Under the pieces are notes generated by a model that was not told where the DNA came from, did no database searches, and worked only from the letters and a program-made list of their open reading frames with translations. DNA of 26,351 nt from a virus (taxonomy: Duplodnaviria > Caudoviricetes). Of this stretch, positions 24,559 to 26,351 are shown piece by piece (the stretch's first letter is position 1; the number at the start of each line of letters is the position of its first letter). The DNA lies in the IMG/VR virus record IMGVR_UViG_3300025718_000029, positions 1-26,351 of that record, one strand, 5' to 3'. Position numbers and translations under genes: made by a program.

Positions 24559-25365
24559 TTATTCAACCTCTTTCCCATCAAAATGCGATAATTCTTGATC
24601 TATAACCGCCGTAAATTCAGCATCAACAACATCATCTTGCTTGTATAAAATATCAGGTACCGGCTTCTTATTAGCCTTTTCCTCATTTTTCTTAAATTCA
24701 ACATCTGAACTTTCTTCATAGACTTTGGCCTGTTCTTCACTGGCGAAGTCTTTTTCAATTTTCTTAGTCAATCTCCGCAAGACAGTTTTCTTGTAACCTT
24801 CTTCCGGCACATGTTTCCACATTAAGCCATTCGGCATCTTGCTAAAATTCTTTCTGATGCCCTCTATCTGCTCCGTGGTCATTGTTTCGTACTCCATGCC
24901 TCCATCTACATACAATACGATTGCAAAAGCCCCCACAATTGAATTATTGCTAAATGATAACGGCTTGAAATTTACAGATTGCTGACCTTCTTTAATTTCT
25001 TCCTCGAAAAAATCTCCCTCGCGAACCACCTTGGCATAAATATCTTTAATTGGCCTGATGCTGTATTTTTTAGCCATCTTGGTTTCGCCCTTGTAGTCAG
25101 TTTGGAACTGCAGGCTATTGCCATAGGGGATTGCATAACATTCTTTTTGGAAGAAGTCTAGGCCCAAGAACGCGCCTTTTAGCAATGTTCTGGCTACTGA
25201 TATGGGACTACACTTTTCAATGCCGCTGGTGTCCTGTAAGACCGTCATACAATTTTGCAAGAATCTAGTTTGGTTAAAATCTTTGGGGAAAGCATCAGCT
25301 TTTGAGGTTAAGAGGGATAGTAAACTTTTATGAGTTTCAGCTAGGACTAGTTGTTTGTCAGCCAT
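24559..25365 (-). CDS. recT: RecT-family single-strand annealing recombinase
   Basis: FN..RF, GA.LGL, YAIPY...LQFQ.DYKG, VVREGD.F, W....E...KKTVLRRL.K. ATG 25365 with SD AGGTGG. Confidence 0.92.
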   Translation of the reverse strand: MADKQLVLAETHKSLLSLLTSKADAFPKDFNQTRFLQNCMTVLQDTSGIEKCSPISVARTLLKGAFLGLDFFQKECYAIPYGNSLQFQTDYKGETKMAKKYSIRPIKDIYAKVVREGDFFEEEIKEGQQSVNFKPLSFSNNSIVGAFAIVLYVDGGMEYETMTTEQIEGIRKNFSKMPNGLMWKHVPEEGYKKTVLRRLTKKIEKDFASEEQAKVYEESSDVEFKKNEEKANKKPVPDILYKQDDVVDAEFTAVIDQELSHFDGKEVE

Positions 25366-25366
25366 A

Positions 25367-25546
25367 TCAATTGCCACCTTTTATGAATTTTTCAAGATTT
25401 TCAATATCTTTTAAATACGCTTCATGATTATGAGAACTAACATTTCTACCATTGATTTTATTTTGTTCATTGCAAAACTTAATAGCTTCAATGGTTCTAT
25501 CCTTCATACACTGAATATAAGCGAGTATCAGTAAATTATTAGGCAT
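25367..25546 (-). CDS. Hypothetical protein
   Basis: 59 aa from TAATG-coupled ATG 25546. Confidence 0.55.
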   Translation of the reverse strand: MPNNLLILAYIQCMKDRTIEAIKFCNEQNKINGRNVSSHNHEAYLKDIENLEKFIKGGN

Positions 25547-26351
25547 TACAAGCACCCCTTAATTTCAAACTTACCATCCTCTGTATCTTTAGTAATGGTC
25601 ACAAAAGCCTGAATGTCGTTATCCTCGCACAACTTAATAACTTTCTTTTGCTCAGATTCATTTAACTTTTCAAACCCATCTAAACAAACAATTCGCAACT
25701 CTCCGATCCGTTGTAATACTATCTTGAATGCCGCCTCTAATTTCTCGCCATCAGATAGGCCATCAAGTAGTATTTTATTAATTCGGATCATTGAGTTTTC
25801 ATCAACGCTGATTCCGTCAATGGGCAGTTTATGTTGTTTCAGCAATTCAGCAGGTTTATTTCTAGCCGTAGTAATAATATTGGTCAAAGTATCGGCATAC
25901 TGTTTTTTTGTGGTTAATTTACCATCTCGAATGTCAAGCATACGGTCCCATTCGCGAAGATAACTTTGCATATTAGCAACCTTGTCGGCTTCTGCTTGCA
26001 ATGGCTCAATATCAGCACGTTCATGTAGTTTTAAATACTCTCCAGCATTATCTACTCTAATTTTAGCCTTTTCTACTTCCGCTTCAGCAGCAGCATCTTC
26101 CGCTTTTAACTCCTGTTTTTCAAGATCGGATAATGATAATATTTCCTGGTCTTTGGCAGATATTTTTTGATTTTGCAAAACTATAATATCAGTTTGTGCT
26201 GCAACTTCATTTTCGCTTTCTTTCTCCAGCAATCGGTACGTTTTCTCAAATCTTGCCTTTATAGCGGATATTTCTTCATTCATCAGCATGGTTGCTTTAT
26301 TTAGTTCTATTTCTAGTTTGTCAGCAGCAGTAGAAATAACATTATTAGCTT
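25546..26351 (-). CDS. SMC/Rad50-like ABC ATPase, C-terminal part (5' end outside window)
   Basis: Coiled coil, signature-like LSDGE and Walker B-like VCLDGFE. The frame is open to the window edge. Confidence 0.85.
   Translation of the reverse strand, partial: ANNVISTAADKLEIELNKATMLMNEEISAIKARFEKTYRLLEKESENEVAAQTDIIVLQNQKISAKDQEILSLSDLEKQELKAEDAAAEAEVEKAKIRVDNAGEYLKLHERADIEPLQAEADKVANMQSYLREWDRMLDIRDGKLTTKKQYADTLTNIITTARNKPAELLKQHKLPIDGISVDENSMIRINKILLDGLSDGEKLEAAFKIVLQRIGELRIVCLDGFEKLNESEQKKVIKLCEDNDIQAFVTITKDTEDGKFEIKGCL

Larger units (their letters stand above)
1..26351 (-). mobile_element. Phage/prophage segment (HK97-type head, probably cos packaging); neither end is in the window
   Basis: Co-oriented, tightly packed phage genes in canonical order replication > accessory > late activator > packaging > head > neck. 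No host housekeeping genes, integrase or att site are visible. Confidence 0.97.

Noticed and set aside
78-26170. All plus-strand ORFs in the ORF track
   Set aside because: They are antisense shadows of well-supported minus-strand genes, and I recognised no protein motifs in them.
1-26351. Genome-wide TAG recoding, introns/inteins, DGR, tRNAs, integrase/att
   Set aside because: Core genes are full length under the standard code. TerL has at most a short polar loop insertion. I saw no reverse transcriptase, tRNA cloverleaf or recombinase.

Overview
The whole window is a segment of a siphovirus-like phage or prophage of a low-GC Firmicute. The SSB tail (ADSMGSQVFPEEEVPW) is reminiscent of Negativicutes/Sporomusaceae, which is inference only. 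Every supported gene is on the minus strand. In transcription order (right to left) the window holds: (1) a recombination/replication module with a partial SMC/Rad50-like ATPase, RecT, a PD-(D/E)XK exonuclease, an ERCC4 nuclease, an initiator with internal iterons, a helicase loader-like protein and SSB; (2) an accessory region of about 8 kb with an HNH endonuclease, a DUF551-like protein, a MazG-like protein, a Cys-repeat/Nmad1-like fusion and many Cys-rich or membrane miniproteins; (3) an ArpU/RinA-like late activator with a candidate late promoter; (4) a RepL-like cassette; (5) an HK97-type packaging and head module with a TerS-like HTH protein, HNH-P-loop, candidate cos, TerS, TerL, portal, protease, capsid, a decoration-like protein, connector, a beta-helix fibre, adaptor and gp10. 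The most unexplained features are two abutting G.U-rich hairpins with a shared loop motif overlapping a 33-aa membrane peptide (14748-14915), and a structured late leader with twin palindromes ahead of the RepL-like gene (11336-11626). All family assignments come from motif recognition by eye; no searches were run.
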